Shown here in pieces: positions 49,620 to 58,859 of a DNA stretch of 64,000 nt (position 1 is its first letter; each line of letters begins with the position of its first letter). The translations under genes were made by a program, and so were the position numbers. The DNA is from Candidatus Bathyarchaeota archaeon (GTDB lineage Archaea; Thermoproteota; Bathyarchaeia; Bathyarchaeales; Bathycorpusculaceae): the NCBI GenBank assembly GCA_963782525.1, contig CAWAKC010000001.1, forward strand, positions 544,001 to 608,000, in the 5' to 3' direction. The notes beneath the pieces were generated by a model. That model saw only the letters and a list, made by a program, of their open reading frames with translations, was not told where the DNA came from and searched no databases.

Positions 49620-50750
49620 TTGACTGAAAACTCTTTGCCTGCAAAGACTGTCGGATTAATCATCAACCCCATCGCAGGCATGGGTGGCGCTGTCGGATTG
49701 AAGGGAACAGACGGGAAAGCTATCCTAAACCAAGCCTTAGCCTTAGGCGCCAAACCCATCGCCACACAAAGAGCAGAAACCTTCCTCGCCGCACTAAGTC
49801 CAGCCAAGAAAAGCCTCAACCTTATCGTCGGGGCAAGTGATATGGGGCAGAATCAAGCGGAAAAATGCGGTTTTAATTTCAAGGTTGTCGGAGAAGCAAA
49901 AGGGGAAACGACATCTGAGGACACGCAAACAATTGCTAAAGCCATTGTAGATGTCGGGGTTGATTTGCTTGTTTACTGTGGCGGCGACGGAACAACCCGG
50001 GACATAATGAAAAGTATCGGACTAAATGTTCCTGTACTGGGTGTTCCGACAGGAGTTAAAATGCACAGTGCCGTTTTTGCCGTGAGCCCGCGAGCAGCCG
50101 CCAGAGTTTCCGTCACTTATTTGTGGGGTAATTTGCCGCTGCATGAAGCCGAGGTCATGGATGTCGACGAAGCAGAGTTTAGGCAGGGGCATTTGTCGGC
50201 TAGGCTCTACGGGTACGTGCTTAGTCCCTTTGAACCCCACTTGATTCAGGGCAACAAGATGGCAAGCCCCATGACCGAGAACGAAGTAGAAAATCAAGCT
50301 GCCATAGCCATCTACATAATCGAAGAAATGAAACCCAGCCTCCTCTACATTGTTGGTCCAGGAACCACCACCCGAACCGTCGGCGACCTCTTAGACCAGA
50401 AAAAAACTCTCTTGGGCGTGGACCTCTTTCAGGACAAGATAATAATAGCCAAGGACGTGAATGAAAAACAAATTCTGCAGGCAATAAATGGAAAACCTAC
50501 CAGGATTATTGTGACGCCTATTGGGGGCCAAGGCTTCATTTTCGGCAGAGGGAACCAACAGATAAGCTCCAAAGTCATCCGTCAAGTAGGCTTAGACAAC
50601 ATTATTGTCATTTCGACCAAGAGCAAGCTGGATCGGTTAGAGAGTTTACGGGTTGATACCGGGGACAACGAGTTGGATGAACAGTTTAGGTCAAATGGAA
50701 TTAGAGTCGTTGTTGACTATAAAACAACAAGAGAAATGAAAATCGAATAA
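49620..50750 (+). CDS. ATP-NAD kinase family protein (COG3199)
   Basis: INPIAGMGG..GLKGTDG, GGDGT, GVKMHS and GRGNQQ. Confidence 0.9.
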   Translation: MTENSLPAKTVGLIINPIAGMGGAVGLKGTDGKAILNQALALGAKPIATQRAETFLAALSPAKKSLNLIVGASDMGQNQAEKCGFNFKVVGEAKGETTSEDTQTIAKAIVDVGVDLLVYCGGDGTTRDIMKSIGLNVPVLGVPTGVKMHSAVFAVSPRAAARVSVTYLWGNLPLHEAEVMDVDEAEFRQGHLSARLYGYVLSPFEPHLIQGNKMASPMTENEVENQAAIAIYIIEEMKPSLLYIVGPGTTTRTVGDLLDQKKTLLGVDLFQDKIIIAKDVNEKQILQAINGKPTRIIVTPIGGQGFIFGRGNQQISSKVIRQVGLDNIIVISTKSKLDRLESLRVDTGDNELDEQFRSNGIRVVVDYKTTREMKIE

Positions 50751-50857
50751 TTCTTTTCCAAACTGGAAGTCTATACATCGGAGAATATGGGCATGGTTTT
50801 TGGTAACAGAAATATACCCGTAATCAACCCTATTGTAACGAACTGAGGCTGAAAGCG

Positions 50858-51961
50858 TTGATTTACATTAACCTACCAAAAATCGGCGAAGAAGAAGTCC
50901 AAGCAGTAGTCAAAGTCCTAAGAAGTGGCATGCTGACAAGCGGTCTTGGAGCAGGCCCCGAAGTGTTAGCGTTTGAGAAGAGTTTCGCGGATTTTGCCTG
51001 TGCTAAACATGCTGTTGCAGTTAACACTGGGACCGCCGCGCTGCACTCTGCTGTCTTAGCCGTCGGGGTTAAGCAGGGTGATGAAGTTATTTTGCCCAGC
51101 TTCACTTTCGTCGCAACCGCAGAAGCAGTTGTTTTAGCAGGTGCAAAACCAGTTTTCGCAGATATCGATCCCAAAACCTACAACCTATCACCCTCAGCGG
51201 TTGAAAAAGCTTTAACCAAAAAAACCAAGGCAATATTGCCAGTTGACCTGTACGGTTTTTCAGCTGACATGAAACCCCTCAGAGAAATAGCCTCAAAACA
51301 CGGCTTGGCAGTGGTTGAGGATGCTGCTCAAGCCCATGGAACGACCTATAAGGGGAAGCCTTCAGGGGCATTTGCTGATGCTGCTTGTTGGAGCTTTTAT
51401 GCAAGCAAGAACATGACTACGGGTGAAGGCGGAGTTGTAACTACAAATGACAACCAAATCGCTGAAACCCTCCGAATGGTTCGTACTCACGGGGAAAAAG
51501 CTAAGTATGCTTCTCTGATGCTTGGAACAAACTACCGCATGTCCGAAATGCAAGCCGCCATCGGCAACGTGCAAATGCAAAAGTTACCTAACTTTATCGC
51601 TAAACGCCGCCAAAACGCTCAGCAACTAACCAAACGGCTCGAGAAAAACAGCAAACTCGATTTGCCCTATGAAACAAAAGACAGATTGCATAGCTGGTAC
51701 CTCTATACCGCAAGGCTGAAAGACGGCACAGAAGAAGAACGCAATAGTCTTGTGGACAGCCTTAAGAAAAAAGGCATCGGCGCCGAAGTTTACTACATAA
51801 ATCCTGTACACCAAATGCCATTCTACCGAGAAAACTTTGGAAGCACCAAACTGCCTCAAACCGAAAAAGCCTCAAAACAAGTGTTCTCGTTGCCGATACA
51901 TCCGGGAGTTACCGATGAGCAGGTAAAGTTCATCGGCGAAACTGTTCTAAATCTCCTGTAA
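50858..51961 (+). CDS. DegT/DnrJ/EryC1/StrS sugar aminotransferase
   Basis: NTGTAALH, FTFVAT, EDAAQAHG and SFYASKNMTTGEGG. Confidence 0.93.
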   Translation: MIYINLPKIGEEEVQAVVKVLRSGMLTSGLGAGPEVLAFEKSFADFACAKHAVAVNTGTAALHSAVLAVGVKQGDEVILPSFTFVATAEAVVLAGAKPVFADIDPKTYNLSPSAVEKALTKKTKAILPVDLYGFSADMKPLREIASKHGLAVVEDAAQAHGTTYKGKPSGAFADAACWSFYASKNMTTGEGGVVTTNDNQIAETLRMVRTHGEKAKYASLMLGTNYRMSEMQAAIGNVQMQKLPNFIAKRRQNAQQLTKRLEKNSKLDLPYETKDRLHSWYLYTARLKDGTEEERNSLVDSLKKKGIGAEVYYINPVHQMPFYRENFGSTKLPQTEKASKQVFSLPIHPGVTDEQVKFIGETVLNLL

Positions 51962-52066
51962 CTCTTTCTCATTACGCTTTTGAGTGAAGAGTTAAATTAC
52001 ACATCACGCACTATATAGCCACCCGTTTGCAGGGATTATCGGGTTTTATATGAGGAGTATGAACCT

Positions 52067-52447
52067 TTGAGCACTGAAGAAGGCGTTTCCCGCATAAAAG
52101 TAAAGTTTCTCATCGAAGGCTTAGGTGAAGCAGAAGGAGAACTCGTCAGGTTCCTTGCACCAAGAACCATCGACTACATTGTCCGCAAACTTCCATTGGA
52201 AGGGAGAGCAGCTCTTTGGAAAGAAGAGGTTTACTTTGAAATTCCCCTTAAGATGGGAGAAGAAAAAGCCAAGCCAACCGTGGAGCAGGGCACGATTGCT
52301 TTCTGGCCGATGGGCAGCGCATTATGCGTGTTCTATGGCAAATCACAGCCCTACAGCCCAGTAAGCATTCTGGGAAAAATAACAAGTAACCTGGAACTTT
52401 TCAAAGAAGTTAAAAGTGGCTTAACAATAAAAATCCAGTTAGCTTAA
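52067..52447 (+). CDS. Cyclophilin-like fold protein (TM1367/DUF369-like)
   Basis: WKEEVYF, GTIAFWPMGSALCVFYG and SPVSILG. Confidence 0.85.
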   Translation: MSTEEGVSRIKVKFLIEGLGEAEGELVRFLAPRTIDYIVRKLPLEGRAALWKEEVYFEIPLKMGEEKAKPTVEQGTIAFWPMGSALCVFYGKSQPYSPVSILGKITSNLELFKEVKSGLTIKIQLA

Positions 52448-52938
52448 AAAGCAAGCGAGCTGTCTTTCCACATTTCAAGCAGCCGCACACATTCTGCTTC
52501 AACATCTTTGTCGCTGGTTTTATCTTTTAGTGTTTGCAAAAACTCGATGCGTTTTGCAACAGAACGTTTTTCGGCACTGCCCCCATAGTAGAGTTCACCA
52601 TCCAAATACTCTTTCATAGCGAAGGCTTTCTGGATAAATAAGCTGGCAGCGTCCACAGGGTTTTCCACAGCGAATTTGTTTGCCCAGATAGCTACTTCAG
52701 TCTCCCGAAGCTGGGTTATACCATCGATCTCCATTACCATCCGTATGTAGGAAAGCAAAAAGTCATAGTACCCTGCAGTTTTGATTAGCTCTAGAACTTG
52801 GTTTACTTGCTTTCGGAACTCAGGCGTACCCTCAACTATTAGATTGTGTTTGTAGCCTTGGTCAACTAGCGCCTTAGCATCTTTCACCTCTTCAGATGTG
52901 TAAACTCTCTCTGGGAAACTCACAAAGATAAACTCCAA
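52444..52938 (-). CDS. Hypothetical protein (possible inactive zincin-like fold)
   Basis: 164-aa ORF co-oriented downstream of rps25e. Confidence 0.65.
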   Translation of the reverse strand: MEFIFVSFPERVYTSEEVKDAKALVDQGYKHNLIVEGTPEFRKQVNQVLELIKTAGYYDFLLSYIRMVMEIDGITQLRETEVAIWANKFAVENPVDAASLFIQKAFAMKEYLDGELYYGGSAEKRSVAKRIEFLQTLKDKTSDKDVEAECVRLLEMWKDSSLAF

Positions 52939-52978
52939 ATTAAGAAAATACCTATAAAATAAAAGTTAAGTTTGCAGT

Positions 52979-53311
52979 TTAAGCTGCAGGCTTGTAGATT
53001 TTGATGTTATGACTACCAGAAACGAGTTGAACTGCCCCGTTTGCTTCCAGTTGTTCGAGATAGTCTTTGGCGGCACTTATGCGTATGCCAAAGCGAGTTG
53101 CAACTGCATATGGAGTTAAGACACCCATCTTTTTGATTTCGCTGACGTTTTTAGGGTCTTTTGCGTCTGGAACCATAATCCCAATAGTTGTTTTTCTCTG
53201 TGGCGGTCCAGCTTTTTCTTTCTTCTTGGCATCTTTCGCTGCCTTATCGTCATCAGTCTTAACTTGCTGCTTTTCCATCTGCTTTATGCCGAGCTTCTTT
53301 TTTCCACCCAT
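52979..53311 (-). CDS. rps25e: 30S ribosomal protein S25e
   Basis: MGGKKK and LTPYAVATRFGIRISAAKDYLEQL winged helix. Confidence 0.92.
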   Translation of the reverse strand: MGGKKKLGIKQMEKQQVKTDDDKAAKDAKKKEKAGPPQRKTTIGIMVPDAKDPKNVSEIKKMGVLTPYAVATRFGIRISAAKDYLEQLEANGAVQLVSGSHNIKIYKPAA

Positions 53312-53344
53312 TATTTTTCACTTTAGTTCTTTTTGTCTGCATTT

Positions 53345-54835
53345 TTATTGTGGTTGGCTTATTTCAACCTTATGTTGCGCTTTCCAGTCTTTGAGTGGAA
53401 TGCCAAGTTTCTTTTCTACTTCAGCGCGATGAATAGAGTTCATGGTACAGAATGGTATTATACGTCCGTCTGGCACGGCATAGTGGATGACGCAGCGTTG
53501 GACTCGTTCGAGGTCAAAGTTGTATGGATCCATAAAGTGCATTGAGGAAACCATTAACGCACTTCTTGCGAAGTCGCCCAGCGAACTGTAGTCGCCGTCC
53601 ATGAGAACTTTAAGAACATATTTGCGTAGGAAATTGAATTTTATGTGTCGTGCGGAGCCCATGAGGCGAAGTTTTGCTTTGCTCTTTTTGCCTTTCTGTG
53701 CATCAAGGTATACTTGGTTGAGTGTGCCGACGAATTTTTCGATGTTGCCGTAGCGGGTAATTGGGGTCATTTTACCGTTCTCGATGAAAACGAAGGTTGC
53801 CATACCGCAGTGTTGATGTGCAGTGAATTCAACGTATCTTTTGTCTTTTATTTCGCCGACTGCTTTGGAGACTGGAACAACTACTGGAACGGGGTAGAAG
53901 TCGGAAACTTTGATGTCGCCATCGGTTTGTTTCTCGACCAGACTCATGAAGTCGGGGATGGTTATGCGCATTTTTTCTCTTTCTTGCTGTGGAAGTCTGC
54001 CGCAAAGAGAGACTGGCTGAACGTTGACACATCGGATGAGGTCAAAGTTTTTGGCTGCAAACTTTATGATATCGCCTAATTGCTGGTCGTTCACGCCTTT
54101 AACCAAGGTAACAACTAGGACGATGCTGTCGTATCCTGCTTTGCGCAGATTTTCGAGAGCTTTCATCTTAGTTTCAAGCAGGTCTAAGCCGCGAATAAAC
54201 TTGTAAACATCAGGAGTTAAACCATCAAACTGCAGGTAAATTGTGCTGACGCCTGCTTCCTTCAATTTTTTTGCATATTCAGGGTCGGATGCTATTCGAA
54301 CACCGTTAGTGTTGACTTCTACGTGTTTGAAACCGATTTCCTTCGCCTTTCGAATGAAATCAAACAGTTCGTTCCTAATTGTTGGTTCGCCACCGGAAAA
54401 CTGCAGTGCCGTTGCAGGAACGGGTTTGTTGTTGTGCAAGTTCTCAAGCATACCTGTAATCTGTTCGGCTGTTGGCTCGTAAACGTATCCTGCTGCTGAC
54501 GCGTTAGCGAAGCAGACGGGGCATTTTAGGTTACAACGATTAGTAACGTCAATTATTGCTAGGGCAGTATGTGACTTGTGTTCGGGGCAAATACCGCAGT
54601 CGTAGGGGCAACCGTGTTTTTTCTCAGTGCGGGGGTTCTCCATGCCGTCGCCAACGTAACCGAATTTGTCTGCACGCAGATATTGGTCGTAATCTGACCA
54701 GTAAAGTTCTTGGAATGGCCCGTGTTCAGGGCAGGTTTTTTTGATGAAAACTTTTCCATTGTCTTCGTAGATTGTGGCGTCTATTGCCTTTAGGCATTCG
54801 GGACAGATGCTTCTTGTTGGTTTGATGTCTTTCAT
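53345..54835 (-). CDS. tes: Tetraether lipid synthase (Tes/GDGT-MAS, MJ0619-like radical SAM)
   Basis: SICPEC...KTCPEHG, CPYDCGIC..H, CNLKCPVC and MHFMDPYNFDLERVQRCVIHY...IPFC. Start refined to ATG 54835. Confidence 0.9.
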   Translation of the reverse strand: MKDIKPTRSICPECLKAIDATIYEDNGKVFIKKTCPEHGPFQELYWSDYDQYLRADKFGYVGDGMENPRTEKKHGCPYDCGICPEHKSHTALAIIDVTNRCNLKCPVCFANASAAGYVYEPTAEQITGMLENLHNNKPVPATALQFSGGEPTIRNELFDFIRKAKEIGFKHVEVNTNGVRIASDPEYAKKLKEAGVSTIYLQFDGLTPDVYKFIRGLDLLETKMKALENLRKAGYDSIVLVVTLVKGVNDQQLGDIIKFAAKNFDLIRCVNVQPVSLCGRLPQQEREKMRITIPDFMSLVEKQTDGDIKVSDFYPVPVVVPVSKAVGEIKDKRYVEFTAHQHCGMATFVFIENGKMTPITRYGNIEKFVGTLNQVYLDAQKGKKSKAKLRLMGSARHIKFNFLRKYVLKVLMDGDYSSLGDFARSALMVSSMHFMDPYNFDLERVQRCVIHYAVPDGRIIPFCTMNSIHRAEVEKKLGIPLKDWKAQHKVEISQPQ

Positions 54836-54942
54836 GTCGTTTTTAGCCTTCTTGCATGTAAGCGTTAATTTCGAAGTGCTTAAGTGCAGAAGTAATGATA
54901 ATAAGGTTTCCAGACGTTTCCTAAGGTGATTGAGGGGAAAAC

Positions 54943-55695
54943 ATGTCAATAAACGAGAACACACGGGATGCCTTGCGCGAAATGGGCTTAAACGCCTACG
55001 AAATCGACGCTTACATAGTGCTGCTGGAAGGAGGGCAAATGACGGCGATGGAGATCAGCCAACAAGCAACAGTGCCTTACAGCAAAATGTACGAAGTCCT
55101 AAACTCCCTCAAAGAAAAAGGCTGGATCAAAAGCAGCGAAACCCGACCCTTCAAGTACTATCCGGTCCCACCCTTGGAAGCGACAAGGTTCACTAAACTG
55201 CGGCTAGAAGACAAGTACCTGAACTGGGAAAACACCGTCGCAGAAAACCTCCAACCCCTCTACGAAAAACGCGAACTCGTCGAACGCACAGATATGCTGA
55301 TTCTGCGAGGTCAACAAGCGGTTCTATCTAAGCTCGAAGAGGTTCTCAAAAAAGCCTCCTTGGAAATCGTGATAGCTGCACCAGAATTTGCAAAACCCGT
55401 GATTGCCCTAGCTGAACCCTTGCTTGGTAGCGGTTTGAAAAAAACGGTTAGTGTGAAGTTGATGGCGGCAGGTAAAAAACAAGATTGGCTTTTCCTAAGA
55501 AAATTCCCAGGCTTAAGCGAGCTACGCACCCGTGATCACATGTTCGGTGGAGGCGTTATCGCTGATGGCAAAGAAGCCATGCTTTTTTTGGGCGAAGACA
55601 AACCAACCCTCGTCATCTGGAGCAACCATGTCGGTTTAGTGGGGTTTGCACGAGAATACTTCCAGTTTTTGTGGGATTCATCAGCAACGGCCTAA
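54943..55695 (+). CDS. TrmB-family transcriptional regulator
   Basis: GLNAYEIDAY..L, VPYSKMYEVLNSL..KGW and an effector domain with IADGKE. Confidence 0.9.
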   Translation: MSINENTRDALREMGLNAYEIDAYIVLLEGGQMTAMEISQQATVPYSKMYEVLNSLKEKGWIKSSETRPFKYYPVPPLEATRFTKLRLEDKYLNWENTVAENLQPLYEKRELVERTDMLILRGQQAVLSKLEEVLKKASLEIVIAAPEFAKPVIALAEPLLGSGLKKTVSVKLMAAGKKQDWLFLRKFPGLSELRTRDHMFGGGVIADGKEAMLFLGEDKPTLVIWSNHVGLVGFAREYFQFLWDSSATA

Positions 55696-55802
55696 CTCCT
55701 AAGGGAAGCGGTCGAATCGGTAATTATAATGTCAATAGTATGGCAAAAACTAGTTTTTAAACAAAAAAGAAGAAAGGGAGAAAGGTTAAGTTATGAGCTT
55801 AC

Positions 55803-56024
55803 TTATTTTCCCATGATTTTTCTAGCGGCGATTTCTATGTCTTCCGCTTTGATGGTTTTTCTTCCAGCATGCATCGCAAAATCGAGTGCTTCTTTGGCGA
55901 TTTTTACGCCGATATCTTCTAGTGCCTTTGCGAGTTCTTTTGCTGCTGCTTCAGATACTCTGTCAGCGCCTGCTTTTTTGCATAATCTGTGCATGGGAGC
56001 TACTGCTATTTCTAATTCAGTCAT
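55803..56024 (-). CDS. Archaeal histone (HMf-like)
   Basis: APMHRLCKKAGADRVS...HAGRKTIKAEDIE. Confidence 0.95.
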   Translation of the reverse strand: MTELEIAVAPMHRLCKKAGADRVSEAAAKELAKALEDIGVKIAKEALDFAMHAGRKTIKAEDIEIAARKIMGK

Positions 56025-56174
56025 ATCGACATCTCTGCAGCTTCTTTTTCTCTTTAAGGCAATATTTAACCTTTGTTATCCATTTTTTTCTCTAAATAGC
56101 TCTTAACCATAAAGTAGCCCTTTGTGGAAAGAAAAATTATAAAACCATCAAGCATGAATATAGCGCAGAGAAAA

Positions 56175-56949
56175 ATGAAGCTAATAGACGCCCATGTTCA
56201 CCTCTCAGATACCGAATACACCGGCCACATTGAAGAACTAATAGCGGACGCAAAAAACTCAGGCGTAATCGCCTTAGTCACAAATTCAATGGATCTCAAA
56301 ACCTGTCAAAACGACATAAAACTGGCCGAGCAATACCCAAATCTTGTCTACCCCGCTTTAGGAATCCACCCATGGAACGTAAACGTTATTGAAGAAAAGG
56401 AACTTCAAGAAACCATAGATTTCATACAAAAACAGAAAGGTGTCGTTAAAGCCATCGGCGAAATCGGATTAGACTGCAAGTACGAAACAGTTTGGGAAAA
56501 GCAAACTATGGTTTTTGATAAGATGCTCCGGTTAGCTGAAGAGCTTAGAGCTACCAGTAATCATTCATTCCCGTGGAACCACAGACGTAGTTGTGGAAAC
56601 TCTCCCCTCATACAACCTTAAACGTGTGCTTCTACACTGGTTTAGCCACCCCATGAGTGCCCTATCCAAAGCACTCGACAACGGCTACTTCATCACAGAA
56701 GGCCCACCCGCAACATACTCCAACGGAATCCGAGAAGTCATCGACAAAACCCCGATAACCAACTTATTAACTGAAACCGATGGACCAGTCACCTACTGGA
56801 AACAACCCTTCAATGGACAATTAACTAAACCCTCATACATACACAATGTCGTTGGAGCAGTGGCTGAAATCAAAAAAATGCAGCAAGAAGAAGTTGCTGA
56901 GCAGATAATCAGAAACTTTGAATCATTCTTCAACATAAAAGTAAACTGA
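56175..56949 (+). pseudogene. tatD: TatD DNase split by a +1 frameshift near 56541-56545
   Basis: DAHVHL, GIHPW and IGEIGLD in frame 1; LELPVIIHSRG, LLHWF and LTETDGP in the +1 frame. Confidence 0.85.
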
Positions 56950-57096
56950 ACGCAACATTTTTTTCTACCCCGTTCACCTCATAGCCTATCGGTCACTTAA
57001 TTCACAGCTCTAAGGCGTAAACTTAAATTAAGCCCCTCATCTATTGAGAGTTGCTCCAGCGCTTTTATAGCTCGGAGAAAACTATAATCGGTAAAT

Positions 57097-57351
57097 TTGG
57101 AGGAATACCAACTGGGAAAAGTAAAGACTGATCAAGTTAAAAAACTGGGCAAAGAACTGATGAAGCAGTTTCCAAGCAAATTCAACACAAGCTTTGACGA
57201 AAACAAACACGCAGTAGTTGAGTTAACAAAAGGAACGACAACGCGCATAAGAAACCAAACTGCAGGTTACATAACACGCACTCTCGCGCTCGCTCAAGCT
57301 AGCTCAGCAGCTGAATCGGATATGGATCAAGAAGAAGAAATAACAGAGTAA
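57097..57351 (+). CDS. rps17e: 30S ribosomal protein S17e (start may be CTG at 57112)
   Basis: GKVKT..VK, F...FDENK and RIRNQTAGYIT. Confidence 0.93.
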   Translation: MEEYQLGKVKTDQVKKLGKELMKQFPSKFNTSFDENKHAVVELTKGTTTRIRNQTAGYITRTLALAQASSAAESDMDQEEEITE

Positions 57352-57369
57352 ATCTGGATAGAAACCTGA

Positions 57370-57750
57370 ATGATGGATGAGTACAGGAAAGGTTGGGCAC
57401 TTCGGTACCTTCGTGAAGCCAAAGCTGAATTAGAAGCAGCACGAAAAATCCCGTACATGGCTCCAGGCTTAGTTGTTGAAGCTATACGGAAAGCCCGAAA
57501 CGCTATTTACTACAGCCTTGGCGAGCCCGCCTTCATCGAAATACTCATCCGCGAGGAAGTAACCAAAAATCCTGCCACAAACGATTCTGTTCTGCGTTTT
57601 CTAATTGAAATCGAAACTATCGTTCAGCAGTTATCGCAGCTAGAAGAAGTGAATGGTGACGCCATGATGAAACAGGCAGATTCTATCGTGGACATCGCAA
57701 CCGACATCGTGGAAACTTTAACGCAGGAAAAGTTTGAAAGTTTCAGCTAA
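57370..57750 (+). CDS. Helical hypothetical protein (HEPN-like start)
   Basis: WALRYLREAKAELEAAR resembles HEPN helix 1. No Rx4-6H motif. Confidence 0.6.
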   Translation: MMDEYRKGWALRYLREAKAELEAARKIPYMAPGLVVEAIRKARNAIYYSLGEPAFIEILIREEVTKNPATNDSVLRFLIEIETIVQQLSQLEEVNGDAMMKQADSIVDIATDIVETLTQEKFESFS

Positions 57751-57794
57751 ATTTTTAACAACAACTTCAATCTATATTTTAAGTGTGAAGATTA

Positions 57795-58079
57795 GTGCCT
57801 TTAACTGTAAAATTCATCGGTGCGCTGCGCCATCTTTCAGGAAAAACACAGTTAACAATCAATTTCCAGGAAGACATCTCAGTAAAGGGGGTGCTTGAAA
57901 AAATCAGCCAAGAAATCCCAGAGTTAAAGCATACGTTTAGCGACCAGGAACTTAACGATTCAAGGTCAAACTCACTAATACTTGTTAACGGCAGAGAAAT
58001 CAGCGTTTTAAGCGGGTATGAAACTAAATTGAGCGACGGGGATGAAATCGTTTTTGTTCCAGTTGTCCACGGCGGCTAA
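57795..58079 (+). CDS. MoaD/SAMP ubiquitin-like sulfur carrier
   Basis: ILVNGREI, L.DGDEI and C-terminal VHGG. Confidence 0.92.
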   Translation: MPLTVKFIGALRHLSGKTQLTINFQEDISVKGVLEKISQEIPELKHTFSDQELNDSRSNSLILVNGREISVLSGYETKLSDGDEIVFVPVVHGG

Positions 58080-58085
58080 TAATCA

Positions 58086-58859
58086 ATGATAACGTTAACC
58101 AGCGATTTTGGGTTAAAAGACCCATATGTGGCAGAGATGAAAGGTGCCATATTAACCATAAACCCAAAGGCAACAATAATCGACGTAACGCATGATGTTC
58201 AAAAATTCAACATTCGGATGGGCGCTTTCATGCTGGCTTCAGCGGCACCTTACTTTCCCAGAGGCACCGTACATTTGGCAGTTGTAGATCCTAGTGTGGG
58301 CACAGATAGAGACGCTATTTTAGTGCAGACTAAGCAGTGTTTTTTGGTTGGACCAGACAACGGCGTTTTGATGTTAGCGGCACAAAACATGGAAATTGAG
58401 CACACTTACGAACTTACTAATCCAAAGTTTATGCGGATAGAAGTTTCAAGCACATTTCACGGCAGGGATATTTTTGCGCCTGCGACAGCTTATCTGGATA
58501 TGGGCGTGAAGCCTGAGGAGTTTGGACCAGAAATAACCAACATAGTTATGCCTGGGTTTGCCCGCTTAAAATCAAGTAATGGGACATTAACCGGCGAAGT
58601 ATTGTACGTAGATAGCTTTGGTAACATAATCACAAACATTAGCCACAAAGAAATTGCTCAAGCAAAAACAGTCAACGTAAAACTTCCAAAGTTTTCTCTA
58701 AAGTTGTCCTTTGGCAAAACTTATGCACAAACTAAACCTCAAGAAGCCATAGCTCTGATAGGTAGCCATGGTTTTCTGGAAATAGCGCTAAACCAAGGTA
58801 GCGCAGCGGAAAAGTTTCACATTGCAACTGAAGACAATATTGAGGTCACGCCTGCTTAG
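58086..58859 (+). CDS. SAM hydroxide adenosyltransferase (DUF62)
   Basis: ITLTSDFG, VVDP.VG, GPDNG, STFHGRDIFAP and DSFGN. Confidence 0.92.
   Translation: MITLTSDFGLKDPYVAEMKGAILTINPKATIIDVTHDVQKFNIRMGAFMLASAAPYFPRGTVHLAVVDPSVGTDRDAILVQTKQCFLVGPDNGVLMLAAQNMEIEHTYELTNPKFMRIEVSSTFHGRDIFAPATAYLDMGVKPEEFGPEITNIVMPGFARLKSSNGTLTGEVLYVDSFGNIITNISHKEIAQAKTVNVKLPKFSLKLSFGKTYAQTKPQEAIALIGSHGFLEIALNQGSAAEKFHIATEDNIEVTPA

Noticed and set aside
54836-54964. N-terminal extensions called for tes, and likewise for endoQ, rps26e and trpB2
   Set aside because: They overlap neighbouring genes or promoters, and the family N-termini match downstream ATGs.
57370-57750. HEPN toxin of a toxin-antitoxin pair
   Set aside because: It has no Rx4-6H motif and no adjacent MNT gene, and it sits in a housekeeping run.
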